Assembly (NCBI RefSeq): GCF_006345805.1
Contig: NC_043014.1
Coordinates: 21,452,001 to 21,516,000, forward strand
From: Octopus sinensis
Taxonomy: Eukaryota
DNA length: 64,000 nucleotides
Reading direction: 5' to 3'
Position 1 is the first letter of the stretch; each line of letters opens with the position of its first letter. Below, piece after piece: positions 1-12,848 of the stretch. Made by a program: the position numbers and the translations under genes. The notes under the pieces were generated by a model. That model had not been told where the DNA came from. It did no database searches and saw nothing but the letters and a program-made list of their open reading frames with translations.

Positions 1-490
1 TCGCGCATAATAATATTTGCAGATTAAATAAGCAACATTGGTTATAATTGTCAACTTTGATTGAATAGAGAAATGATGAAAAGTGTCCCAGTCGCGACCA
101 TTTAGGACTACATTATTAAATCTCTCTCATTCCTTATATATTTTTCTCTTAACCCCTCTTTCCTTATTGTCTACTTATCTTAGAGAGAAAGAGAGAGAGG
201 TGAGAGAGGTGAGAGACAAAAATACGAACTGAAAAATAAACAGCTGAGAGAGAATTTGAATGAGCGAGAAAGAGAGAAGAGAGAGGGGTGAATGAGTGAA
301 GGGAAGAGAAAGATAAGTAGAAAATAAGGAAAGAGGGGTTAAGAGAAAAATATATAAGGAATGAGAGAGATTTAATAATGTAGTCCTAAATGGTCGCGAC
401 TGGGACACTTTTCATCATTTCTCTATTCAATCAAAGTTGACAATTATAACCAATGTTGCTTATTTAATCTGCATATATAATTATGCGCGA
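1..490. repeat. Long near-perfect inverted repeat (arms 1-180 and 311-490, GA-rich spacer); probably extends past the left edge
   Basis: The reverse complement of 1-180 matches 311-490 with only a few mismatches. Confidence 0.9.
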
Positions 491-804
491 CACTCACACT
501 ACATATTCCTCCCCTTCCTATATAACCACGCCTATATCGTCAAACGAACGGCGAGTACCATCCGGAATTGACATGCTATTGTGTTAGCATTGCCACGCCC
601 ATATCCCTAACCATTGATGTCTATCGACTTGCAAGACATAGCAGCTTAATATCCGCTAATCACACCCTACCGTCTTTGAAAGGGGTAAACACATCAGATA
701 AACCTTAGCGCTAGATATACACAGAAAGACGAGATCGTTACGGCTGGAACGATTTTGATCAAAGGGCCTTTCACCTAATTTAACAACTCTGTCATTAACA
801 AGAA

Positions 805-945
805 AATAAGGCAGCGAATTAGCAGTCGTTAGTGTGGCATTTATTACGACCCTCTATTTTCTGAGTTCAAATCCTGTCAAGGAAAATATTTGCCTTTCAT
901 CCCAAGTTGGGGTCGATAAATAAGGTACTAGTCAAACACTGAAAC
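805..945 (+). mobile_element. Cephalopod-type SINE fragment
   Basis: ctgagttcaaat...tttgcctttcatcc..ggggtcgataaataaggtac core, which recurs many times in the window. Confidence 0.6.
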
Positions 946-1204
946 TGATTTCTTCTATCCTTCCCCCTCTCTCCGCTTCATTCGTTCATTCAACTGACCC
1001 AAGTAATTCCACTTCACCTCTACACAGCAGATCTCGCTCTATGACTTACTAAGCTGCCTATCACCAACCACGCCTATTTATTATCACCTCACCTATCAGA
1101 CTTATCTCCTCCCAGTTCTCTCAATCCTTCTCTCCCAGGATTGAAATTCCATCCCCGACAGCGACATGTTTTGTTTTAGTTTTGTTTTTTTCTTTTCTTT
1201 TATC

Positions 1205-1400
1205 TTTTATTTCTTTCAGTCATTGGACTGCGCCCATGCTGGGGCATCACCTTGAAGACTTTTAGTCGAACGAATCCACCCCAATACTTATTTGATTTTT
1301 TTTCTTTTTTAAGCCTGGTTCTTATTGTTTTTGCCGAACTGATAAATTACGAGGACATAAACAAACTAGCATCGGTTGTCAAGTGGTGGTGGAGGGAATA
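1205..1400 (-). mobile_element. SINE fragment with CR1-like 3' tail
   Basis: cagtcattggactgcgcccatgctggggcatcacc...gcatcggttgtcaag, the same family as 45185-45610. Confidence 0.6.
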
Positions 1401-3182
1401 CACAATGACACAATGACACATTCATATACGTACACACACACACACACACACAACACACACACACACACTTCAGATTGTGTTATGGAAACAGAAAAAGTTT
1501 TTAAAAAGCAGAGAAAGTACATTTCGGTCAACCTCTTCGGAAGTTCAGTCGACCGCATGGAAAGAGTACGAGATAACCAGGTTATGAATCAACCACGGGT
1601 TCGTTTCTTGTCGCAGGCCCTGTATTGTATCTCTGGCCAAGGCACGTAACTCTAAAATATTACGGTACACCACCCGATTGTACATAAATTGACATCCACG
1701 AGCATTACCGACTCTAGGTATGAGCTCACTAAGCAGTTGCCAAAGGCCTTACTGGTCTAGGAGCCCAATTCGGGTCAATGTATGTTGTGGCTTACTAGCA
1801 GTAAATATATACTATATGGCCCAGAGCATTGATTTGCTAGGAGACTTCACAGGTCTAGGGGGCCCAATTCTGATTTATGAATACTTTTAGTTACGGGTAG
1901 TAGATATATACTATATATTTGCCCGGGAGCGGTGGCTACTAAGATGGCCCTGCCCTCGCGATGGTTTATACTTAATAATTCTCTGCTGCAATCGACGCCA
2001 GCACTGGAGTATTCACTGATCACTCGACGTTTGACCAAATTTTCGTGCGATAGGCTAGCATTCTATCCATGGTCATATTTACCCCTTCGTCAATTTATCC
2101 AAGAAAAAGAGAGAAGTATTGATTTGTGATTAATTCTTGTTTAGAAAGGGAGTTGTGACTATGGCCATAATAACAACCACAACATCCCCAAGTAATACAA
2201 CCACACCTCCTTCAATAATTGCTGCCACGAAACCCTCCTCTCCTGCCTCCCATGTGGTCCAACTAAAGCAGTCACCCATCGCCCAACACTCCTATTCAGT
2301 TACTCCACTTTACTTAGATGAGTCCCGCCCACAACATATATCACGCCCACAATGTTGAACGATGCTAAAATGCATAACATTTTCATAACAAGTGTCACAC
2401 TTTGCCACGCCCAACGACCAGAATCAAAACAATATAAGAACTTCGAAGTTTAAGTACGTATTTCACTTTTATCAAAAACTTCCCACTTCCTGAGTATTCT
2501 GTGAATTATGTACGTGTGTATGTGTGTACACGCGCGCATATACACACAGAGGAAGGCACGTGACCTAGTGGTTAAGATGTTTGGCTAATGATCATAATAT
2601 TATGGGTTCAATTCCTGTACCGGGTGCGTGTTATGCTCTTGAGCTAGGAACTCCGCTTCACATTACTCCAACCTTCTAGTCGTCGTATCTTGGGTGTGCT
2701 ACTCATATATATTTTTTTTCTTAAGGGTAGAAGAGTCAGGATGTTGTCTTTGTCTACGCACGTCCACATAAACTAATCAACGAAAGCCATATTCGTTCGT
2801 GAGTGAATGCCAGTTGTATGTATGTACTGCAGCTCTAGGTGATCCAAATCGGATATGCAATCTATGTGGGTATCTTTTCAAAACATTGTCTGGTTTTAAA
2901 AGCCTCGTCAGATGCCATGATGGTTCTAAGGTGTAAGTACAGGAGGTGGTCAAACTCTGCATCAGGAGTAGACAACCACCACCATGCATGTATGCTTGTA
3001 AGGAGTACCACATTAAAGGATTTTTAGTCGAAGAAATCGACCCCAGGATTTACTCTTTGTAAGCCTAGTATTTATTCTATCGGCTTCTTTTGTCGAACCG
3101 CCAAGTTACGGGAACATAAACACACCAGCATCGGTTGTCAAGCGATGGCGGGGCACAAATATAGAAACATACTCATAAATAT

Positions 3183-3214
<32 letters not shown>

Positions 3215-3220
3215 GTATAT

Positions 3221-3261
<41 letters not shown>

Positions 3262-3379
3262 AAGATTATTTGTCAATATAACGTGGAATCGAATGCTACA
3301 GTTATTTAACCCCAGGAAACATCGTCTCCAGCTGGTTATACGACACAATATCTGTGTCTTTTCGAAAAGGGGAATTTAC

Positions 3380-3622
3380 CATCCCCACTCAGCACAAAAT
3401 AATAATACGTTCTACTGTAGATACAAGGCATGAAATTTTGGGGGATGGGGTAAGTCGATTACATCGACCCCAATACTTAACTGGTACTTATTTTACTGAC
3501 CCCGAAAGGATGAAAGGCAAAGTCGACCTTGGCGGAATTTGAACTCAGAACGTAGCGAGGTGTGAAATACCGCTAAGCATTTTGTCCAGCGCGCTAACGA
3601 TTCTACTAGCTCGCCGCCTTAA
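3380..3622 (-). mobile_element. Cephalopod-type SINE followed by (AAC)n(AAT)n
   Basis: Reverse complement of taaggcggcgagctag...ctgagttcaaattccgccaaggtcgactttgcctttcatcctttcggggtc. Confidence 0.7.
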
Positions 3623-3699
3623 CAACAACAACAGCAACAACAACAACAATAATAATAATAATAATAATAATAACAATAATAATAATAATAATAATGCCT

Positions 3700-4955
3700 T
3701 CTTTTATTTGCTACCAGGGCGAAGGATGAAGGGGACAATAGAAAGACAGACGTAAAGTTTTGGGGGTTTATATATTATGGAATGATAAAAAGAAAATAAC
3801 AATATACACGGTATACATTAGAAGAAGGGAAGTTTACATAGTATACGACACTTGAAGAAGAAGGGGAAAAGTGATGGTGATACAGAAGGACCTCCTGCAA
3901 TAATCAAGGAACCCCACCATCCAAGATCACCCTGAATACCAAAGACGAAAGCCCGCTCCAACTCCTTTCGTCTGACTCGAAGGTCTACACTGAGAGTGGT
4001 AACATCCACTCTTGCCATTTTCGCAACTCTCACCCACCTTCTGATAAATTCACTCAAGGACTGCACCTGCCTCTCCACCCTCACTTTCCTCCCGAATCCA
4101 ATTTCGAAAGGGAGGGCTCTTAATTGTTCCAACTTCCGCAGCAGTGACAGCGGGTAGCTCTGACTGACCGAACGAGCTATACTAAACGGTTCTGATAAGT
4201 GGTCATTTACTTTGTCCACCGAACAAGTGCCGCTGTGCATTGCAGCAATCCAGCCTCTGAAAACGGGTCCGAAACCGGCAACTTTAAGGACGGCTTCCAA
4301 GTAGCAATGGTCGACCCTATCGAAAGCTTTCGACTGATCTAAATTGATCAGGACCCCACCGAAGCCATCTTTAGTTCCCAGCCCGCTCTACGATGTATCA
4401 CATAAGGTGGAGGTTGTGGTGGATAGACCTGCTAGGGATTGCACACGTTTTTGCCTCCCCGACCAGACTACCAACGACAAGCGTCAATCACTTCGCTAAC
4501 ACCTTGGCCAAAATCTTAAACTTTGTGTTTAACAGAGTTATGGACGGAAAATTCCCTAGCACGTCCTCTTTGTCGGCGTTCTTTCTCAGCAATGTTACCA
4601 CAGCACTAAGAATTCTTCCGTTCTGCTGCCAGTTACTGTAGACGTCTGCCAAAAGGCTGCCAAATAAATTTGGCGTGAATACATAGAATTCGTAGGGTAG
4701 ACCATCCAAATCGGACGATTTGCGACTTGAGCAATCGCTCATCGTCTCCCATATTTCAGTGGCTGTAATCGACTTTTCGCAGAATCTCGCATCCGTTACC
4801 GAGGTTTATGGTAGGCCGTCCAGATACGAAGTAAAGTCTGCTACCGTCGTCGACCCATCACCCTCCTCAAACAGCCACGCAAGGTACTGCTGAAAAGCCG
4901 CACGCATCTGCTCAAAACAAAAAGAAATAGTGATGGGGTCCTCCTGATACAGGAG
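3700..4955 (-). mobile_element. Tx1/L1-clade LINE remnant A (RT fragments with internal deletions, plus 3' end)
   Basis: ORF 4488-4742 has DGLPYEFY...ITLLNTKFKILAKVLA. ORF 3818-4300 has GFGPVFRGWI...ARSVSQSYPLS (degenerate SVRQGCPLS). AATAAAA precedes a (TTA)n tract. Confidence 0.8.
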
Positions 4956-5720
4956 GACCTCAAGGGATGATCAAGGAACCCCATCATCCAAGATCACCAT
5001 GAACACCAAGGACAAGTGCCCTTTCCAACTCCTTACCCCCAACTCACAGGTCTACACAGAGAGTGGTACCATCTACTCTTGCCATTTTCGCAACTTGCAT
5101 CCATCTTCTGATAAATTCACACGAGGACATCTCCCTCTCCATCCTCACTTTCTTCTTCAAGTGAAACTTGAAAAAGTCGATGAAAGCTTTACCAAAGAGG
5201 AATGTTTCTGTCCTCATTCCTTTCAGCTTCGTCATCTAGACAACCTCTTTCGTCACAGCCACGAGACAAAGAAAAACTACCTTGCCTGCCCAACTAAAGG
5301 AGGGCGGCGGTGCAATCATCACTATGGACTCGGCTGACCAACGGATCCGTCCCACACACGACAGCAGCTGTTCAATATAACTCCATAAGTCAGCAATGCC
5401 TGGTCATTGAACGAACGCATGCAGAGCAATTTCGTTGCACTGCACGCATCTCGAACAAGCCCGTCTGACAGCACATCCGTGCCTGTAGAGTTTATCTCGA
5501 ACCGGTAACGCCCTATTATCCATAATAGTTCCTAATCGAAAAGCCATCCGGAACAGACTAGCCAGTTCGTCTTCGTCGACGCCCAGAGCCTCCCCTAGGA
5601 CGTCGTCGTCGCAATTCCTCGCCACTAATCCTCTACATATAGCTGAGAACACCCACCGATTCTATTGCCCGACTGATAGAGGACGGTGAGCGCCTGATGA
5701 CATCCTAGGTGCCAAGCTCC
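4956..5720 (-). mobile_element. Tx1/L1-clade remnant B (zf-RVT and C-terminus)
   Basis: ORF 5404-5652 has RALPVRDKLYRHG...CSRC..CNEIALHAFVQC (CCHC zf-RVT). Its 3' part is homologous to 3890-4090. Confidence 0.8.
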
Positions 5721-6089
5721 CAGTCTTGGTCTATCCTTCACAAAGACTTTACATCAAGAAAAAAATCATGGACTTCACAGGACAAAACAATGAATGTGTG
5801 TGTATGTGTGTATGTATGTCTGTGTGTGTGCGTGTTTGTGTTAATGCGTGTGTGTATGTGTGTGTATGTGTTTGTGTGTGTTGATGTATTGATGATTTGG
5901 CGTATAAACAGGTTTAACGTAAAAAAAAACATTTTAACAATGTGTAATCCTCATTAGAGTTGAAGCGTTCGAGAGCTGCTCATGGGTAAACCCCATAAAA
6001 CCACGTGTGCCCTGACTTCTGAAGCATATTCCTTTTCTCTCATTTCCTCATCTCCGATTACAGGTGTATGCTTAGAGCAGGCCCATTCA

Positions 6090-7005
6090 CTCGCACCATG
6101 CTCGCCACTCTCTTACACCTTTGAACGAATCTTTATGTTAGTCTTGAAATGTGAAGAAGTTGATGAGAGATTGGTCAAAGAGGAAAGTTTTTGTCTTCAG
6201 ACACTTCAATCTCGTCCACCAGACAACCTCTTTCGCCATGACCACCAGGCATATGAAAACTGCCTGCCCTCCACGGTTAAAAGAATGCGGTGGAATGACT
6301 TCACGATTGATTCACAATGGATTCAGCAGATGATCTCCAGCAGGTGACTGCAGGTGATCGACATAAATTTACAGGTCAACAATGCCCGGGCACTAAGCTA
6401 GTGCATGCAGGACGGTTTCGTCGCCCTGCGCACATCTCGCACATGCTTAGCTGACGGTACTTCCGTGCCTATAAAGGTTATCTCGAACAGGCAAAGCTCC
6501 CCAGTAGCACGCACTACCAGGCCGGAGGTTCCTGGATGTTATCCATCGGTCCCAGACCAAAAGTTGTCCAGAAGAGAGTGGCTAGCTGATCGTCTTCCAC
6601 GTACAAGGTCTTCCTCAAGAACGTCGTCGCACTTTACCGCCACTAATCTTCTATAGAACGCTTAAGTGGACTTTCCACCTATCACAGTGTCCGACTGGTT
6701 GAGGGCTGTGAGCGCTTAAAGATATTACACTTTTCAAATGCTTTCTCACTGTCTCTGTTTGACCCAGGACTACAGTTCTGTGAAGGAGACCAGCAGGGGA
6801 AGGCGAAACACGTGTCCGGCACACGGCCACCACATCTGTTCGCCGTCAAGGAAGCGCTGGAGATATCGTAGCTATAGTGCATGTTTGAGCATCATCAGCC
6901 AGAGCTTGCCCATTCTACCACGCAGCGGGTGTTGACAGCAGACAGACCACTTGGACCATTGGAACGCGACCCTTCCACAAAAAGCGAAGTGGTGGTGGTA
7001 TTGGT
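6090..7005 (-). mobile_element. Tx1/L1-clade remnant C (post-RT region, zf-RVT)
   Basis: Manual translation gives FRFLWKGRVPMV and YWGALPVRDNLYRHG...CARCAQGDETVLHALA*CP. Confidence 0.75.
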
Positions 7006-7199
7006 GGTGGTGGTGGTGGTGTTTTCTAATTGAAGCACAAGGTCGGCAGTTTTTATGAAATGCATTTTGTCCGACGCTCTACCACCAAGAACCTTAACTA
7101 CCAAGGACCTTGACCACCAAGGACCTCGACGACCTTGCACTCCAGACTAACAACCCCTTCCAGCTGCAGTCTCCAAATAGAATTCACGAAGTGGTGCTC

Positions 7200-7595
7200 T
7201 CTCACACGTAGCAGTTTTGCCACTTGCATCCTCCTTACCTCAAATTTGCTAGAAAGTAACACTGCCCTCTCTGCTTTCAGGTTTTTTTTTCAAGTGAAAC
7301 GTAGAAAAGTTGATGGTGACTTTGTCGAGAGACTGATTCTTGTCCTCAAAACTTTCAAAGCCGTCCGCCAAACAACTGTTTTCGCCATAGTATCAAAAAG
7401 ATACGTGAAAGAAGAAACAGTCTACTCTATTTGCAAAAATAGAGCGACAGGTTTCTTCGTGTCGTCCTACATACAATAGCACCCGTTCGACAAAACTTTA
7501 CACACCCTGTCTCGAGCAAACCCGACAGACGATGTTTCTGTGACGGTTTAAGCCAAACCGGAAATTCTCCCCAGTAGCATTGATTCCTATTCTCC
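7200..7595 (-). mobile_element. Tx1/L1-clade remnant D (older, more divergent)
   Basis: Nucleotide similarity to B and C (tccccagtagc; ttttcgccat; aaaagttgatgg). Confidence 0.5.
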
Positions 7596-7700
7596 AGAAT
7601 AAGGAGTTTAGCTGCTGCTGCTGCTGGTGTTGGTGAGGATCAGTCCAATAACTCTACGGGTCATCACGTTACCTCCTTCCCCACATCATCGTCATCATCA

Positions 7701-7731
<31 letters not shown>

Positions 7732-8098
7732 CGTCGTCGTCATCATCATCATCATCGTCATCATCCTTCTCTGACTAACCTATTAAATAACTGTTCACAT
7801 TCGAATCCACGGAAACAAAATACGCATACATAGACAATGACGGGCGTATCAACGTGGGGGGCCTATATGTGGTCTCCTGACTTGCTAGAAATAGCACGCG
7901 AATCGTCTTAAAGAAAGAGAACGTGTTACAAAAGTTAGCGCAACTAAGGGGTGGCAAGCCTTTCTTCATAGATCTTCTCAGTCACAGTTGAACAAGGACT
8001 AAACAACATCAGCAAAATTAGTGGTTTAACGGTATTTAACCATTTCCAAACAATTTTCCCGTCTATAGTCTGAATAGACTCCACATGGGAGTCTATAC

Positions 8099-8286
8099 CA
8101 GTGCTCCGCAACCGATATGCCGCGGCACACTAGTGTGCCACGAGACGATGCTAGGTGTGTCACAGTGTAACCTGAATATAATTTTTTTCCTCTATGCTTG
8201 TTAGTTATATTTTTAGTTCAAGTGTGCAGCCGAAGTTTGAATGGAATATAAGTGTACCGCAAGTGGGAAAAGTTTGCGGAGCACTG
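8099..8286. mobile_element. hAT (Charlie-like) MITE
   Basis: TIRs cagtgctccgcaa / ttgcggagcactg, with an 8-bp TSD gtctatac / atctatac. Confidence 0.8.
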
Positions 8287-9498
8287 ATCTATACAGACAA
8301 CACTGCTCCGCATTCCTTTTACAATATTTGTAATAAAAAAATCTAAAATGTTTAATATCATCGAAGGAAAAGATAAGGTATAAAAATTATAAATCCTGCA
8401 AGGGAAATAACTCCCTAATACTATAATTTTGTCCTGCATTACTTCTCCCCCTTTAATCAAGCATGCCACTTATATAATGTATATGCAGTTGAAGCAGGAA
8501 GCGATTAGAAAATGTTATTATTGCCGTAAATCAATATATTTCATATGAATATAGCATTGAAAAATGACAAGAAGGCAAAAAAATTGAAAATTTAGTGTTG
8601 GCCTGCATCTTATAAAAAGTGGGATTAATTCACCAATAGGTTAACAAAAGTGCCATCTCTTAAACATTAGTATTAGTATCTCGTCAGAGGCAACTAACTT
8701 AAAATTAAATTTCTCTGCGACAAAGGCAATATTAATACTGAGATAAGAGATATCAAAGATAATGTAAAGAAACCGCTGTCGTCATCACTAAACTCTCGTG
8801 TCTTTCCAAATATAGCTGAATCAACAGAGACAACCGTAGAATAAACTCAACGTAAAATCATCTTGAAACCAGTTTGAAGAAAATTTTTCTACTTTTTCGA
8901 AACTATCGACAGGCCAGGCCATACTTAACAAGATTAAGATAAAATCAACAGCTCTCATGATAAAGTTACCGACGATGTCGCTAGAGAGCGCATGGAATAC
9001 TAATAGCGTCAAACACACAGCTGCTATTATTCCTAAAGAACACGCTGGAGAAATCTACGGTATACATGGTAATAAAACTACAAAATGGAAGCAACCTAAA
9101 TGGAAAACAAAACTTGAAAAAAACAAGTCTACGCCTCCTATATTGGACTGTTAACCACGATAATGAATTTACGCCTCACCAGTTACATCTTATAACTAAA
9201 TTAACAAAACTCTACGGTGATTTTTCACATCAAGCTCTTGGGGGAAGGTTGATTACTCTAAAACACGAATTCAGGACGCTGGGCGAAATCTACGCTATCG
9301 CAAACCTACATACATTATACAGAGAGCTGGGGAAGGAAAATATGGAGCTAAAGCTTAGAGTTAAACATTAAAGAATATATATCGAATAAACATAGACTCT
9401 ACTGGCGTACAGAAGTGGACTTGACAGTGGAGAAGGTTATGAATGAGATGGGAGCCAACCGAAAACTGATGACAATGGTCAAAGAGCGAAAACTGCTG

Positions 9499-9790
9499 TA
9501 CAGAGGGTCAATAGAAAAGTTCATAGGCTGACCAAGACACTCTTATGGAATGTGACCTTAGTCTCTCTTGCAGTCCACACATTTCTTCCACCGGTGTTGC
9601 AGAGGTTGGATCCTATTGATGAAGAAGCTTTCATCCTGTTGGCCAAAAAGCCATCAACAAAAGATATGACACCATCACTGCGATCCTGGTTCCTAGCCAA
9701 GTGGGGTTTTTTTTTTGTTTTTTGTTGTTTTTTTTTCCATGACTATGAAAAGTTCATAGTCAGCCTACGAACTTTTCATACCGGCTCATA
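9499..9790. mobile_element. Mariner-derived non-autonomous element
   Basis: Terminal gaaaagttcataggctgac / gtcagcctacgaacttttca inverted ends, with TA at the outer edges. Confidence 0.6.
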
Positions 9791-10329
9791 TTTTGGACCT
9801 GTTATCGGGGTCAAGAATCTATGTACGAGCATCATCGGTGTCTGATGGCAGAAGTGATAAAAATATTGATCCCACTCACAGATTAGTAGTTTATTTATTG
9901 ATCCCGAAAGGATAAAAGACAAAGCTAACCTCGATGAAATTTGAACTCAAAGTAGTGACTAATACCCCAAATACTTGACGCTCAAACGACTTCGCCAATT
10001 CACCACAATACACTTGGCTAAACAAGTCAGAAATATATGTGAATGGTACTGGAATAGCATCAGACATCTTCCAAAGGCTCCAAAGAAAATACAGAAAGAA
10101 AAACAGAAATAGTAGACTATTTTCGAACAGAAAATGTGTTCTAGTTAAATGCAGCATTGACATCACAATGGTCAACTGAATTTTATGTACAAGGCGCTTT
10201 ACACATGATGACGTCATAATGTAGAGATTTCAGATCCCAACACAGAAAACATGTTGAAAGGTAGAGTTAACTTTATTATGCATTATTCTTGCACTTTTCA
10301 CTTAATCTGTATACCTGTGTGTGGATGTA

Positions 10330-11295
10330 CCTCTGTGTCCTGTGTATGTATATATGCATGTATGTCACACACATACACATGCAAAGGAATGCATACATAC
10401 CTAACCCACACAACCCCACGCACACACAGACACACACACACACCTATATATGTGTGTACATACACGTACACACATACACACAACCACACACACATACACA
10501 CACACATGCACGCGCATACACGCAATAAAACGCACACATACCTTCACACACACATATACACACGCGCACACACACACATACACACACACGCACACATACA
10601 TATACACACGCACATACATATACATACACACACATGCACATGTACGCACACATATCTGCCACACACAACACTCATACAGACACGCACACAATTACGTATG
10701 CATATACACACACGCACGCAAGCACCCGCGTACATACACGCAGAAGAACGCTCATGTACTCCAGACACAACACACGCATACACACACACACATACAAACA
10801 CATACATACACACATACACACGCACACAACATATACATACGCGCGCACACATACATACACCCACGGACACACACACAGACAAATATACACACACACGCAC
10901 ACATGCACAGGAATGCACATATACCTAACACACACAACCCCACGCACACACGCGCGCACACAGACGCATGCATACACTACACACACACACAACATATGCA
11001 TACGCGCACACACCTACATACACATGCACACACATACTTCAAACTGCTAGTGAAACATCTTTCTACTGACCATTCCTCTACGCACATGTGAAAAAAACAC
11101 TACACAAAAGACTGCCACTCCTACAACTAATTCTTCCAAGAGACACAAAGTTCACTCACACATACACATATAAATAGCCAAAACCACACACACACACACG
11201 CACACACAACACATGCACAAATATATGCATACACACATGCTACTACACACACACACAACCTGTGCGCATGCACATACCCACACATACACACACAT
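10330..11295. repeat. Degenerate (CA)n/(CATA)n microsatellite field with internal duplicated blocks
   Basis: Directly visible. The block ggaatgca.atacctaac.cacacaaccccacgcacac recurs at ~10385 and ~10908. Confidence 0.9.
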
Positions 11296-11552
11296 ACCTC
11301 CTACTCTTACAGTCTCCTGTCTTAGAAAGAACTTCTCCTTCATCCATTCCCTTCCGGTCATTTCAAAATGTAGCCACATGTGAGCCGTTGACGATTTTCT
11401 TCCTCCGTCTTCCCTTCTTTTGGACTTTCCTCTGTTTCCGAAGAACTCGAAATGTTAAACCATCTTCCTTTCTTTCCTGAGCGTCTGCTAATACATTACA
11501 CATACCACGTCCTCGCGTTGTTGTTTTTTGTGTTTGTTCTTTGTTTAATTTA

Positions 11553-11599
<47 letters not shown>

Positions 11600-11614
11600 C
11601 ATACATAATGTATG

Positions 11615-11646
<32 letters not shown>

Positions 11647-11717
11647 TATACATACATATATACATTATGTATGCATTATGTATGTATATATATGTATATG
11701 TATATATATATGTATAT

Positions 11718-11794
<77 letters not shown>

Positions 11795-12330
11795 ACATTA
11801 TGTATGCATATACATATACACACATATGTATACACACGCATAAACATACATGTATACATACCCACGTACATATATATACATATATGTATTACCCGGAGCT
11901 TTAAGAAAGTCATCGCTACCGAGCTAATCCACAGCCTACAGACGAACAAACTCACCTCCTGCATTCAGTTATGCGCTGTCGATAAAGTTTACGACATTAG
12001 CGCTGCTTTTAAATTGTGTTTGCATTTATTCTTACGTAATCATCGTCGTGGCATGCCAGCAAATGGTTTTTACATTGTTTGTAGATGGTCATTGACTGCT
12101 GATTCAGTTCGCCTCCAATTCGATTTGGGTATATGATGTTGATAAGCCTCAAAAATGGTGAAATATCGATATCCATCGCTTCTGAGTGGTATTTAGGGCG
12201 AATTGCCAGATTTAGCACCTCTATACTTCCATCTCTTCCCTAAGATGAAGATGCCGCTCAAAGGTCACCGTTGTCGAGATCAAGAGCGAATCCTTGACTC
12301 ACTTATGGAAAATGACTTCCAGGCCGGATT

Positions 12331-12700
12331 CTAAAGGTGACCACCATCCTCACAGACACCCATCATCGTCCCTATCACATCACCGAATCCTTTACCTACA
12401 CTTCTAGTAACATCGTTTACTACATCACCTGCTCTCGCTGTCCTTCCCTGTACATCGGTCAAACGAGACGCCGCTTGGCTGACCGGTTCGCGGAGCACCT
12501 CCGAGACATCAGACTCGGCAATGACACCTTGGTCATGCGCCATTTCCGCTCTACCGGTCGTTCGCTACAACATTACAACATCTGTCTGTGTTCGGACTGT
12601 CTTTGCACGGGAGCCATCCGGACTCTCGCCTTCGCTGTGAACAGGAATTAATCTTCTCTCTTCCCTTCTTTGCACCATTGGGCTCAACTTACCTCCTCTC
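12331..12700 (+). mobile_element. Penelope-like element, GIY-YIG endonuclease fragment (frameshifted)
   Basis: TSSNIVYYITCSRCPSLYIGQTRRRLADRFAEHLRDI, then RLRCEQELIFSL...APLG in another frame. Confidence 0.85.
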
Positions 12701-12848
12701 TTCATCTCATACCAACCTCACCTCCTCTTTTCATTTGATACCAACCCCACACCACTCCACACACACTAGCACTGGCCACTTCCTAGCACTCACACCACAC
12801 ATCATCTACACGCCCACACAAAATCTTCTATAGCGTTACCACACATAC

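Noticed and set aside
1510-1550. Hammerhead-like ccgaaga-ggttgacc-gaaa-tgta on the minus strand
   Set aside because: Stem I cannot form and the core has a mismatch.
10251-11091. Long His/Thr-rich or Cys/Val-rich ORFs (up to 225 aa), and similar ORFs at 11363-12136, 29471-29872, 45331-46438 and 56225-58025
   Set aside because: They are translations of (CA)n, (TA)n and (GATA)n microsatellites, with no splice or start context.
11895-11975. [22 protein letters not shown] resembling a CR1 RT segment
   Set aside because: Too short, and without the following HGF or other motifs.
12228-12285. Possible hammerhead upstream of the GIY-YIG fragment
   Set aside because: The GAAA strand is missing and the CUGANGA core is broken.
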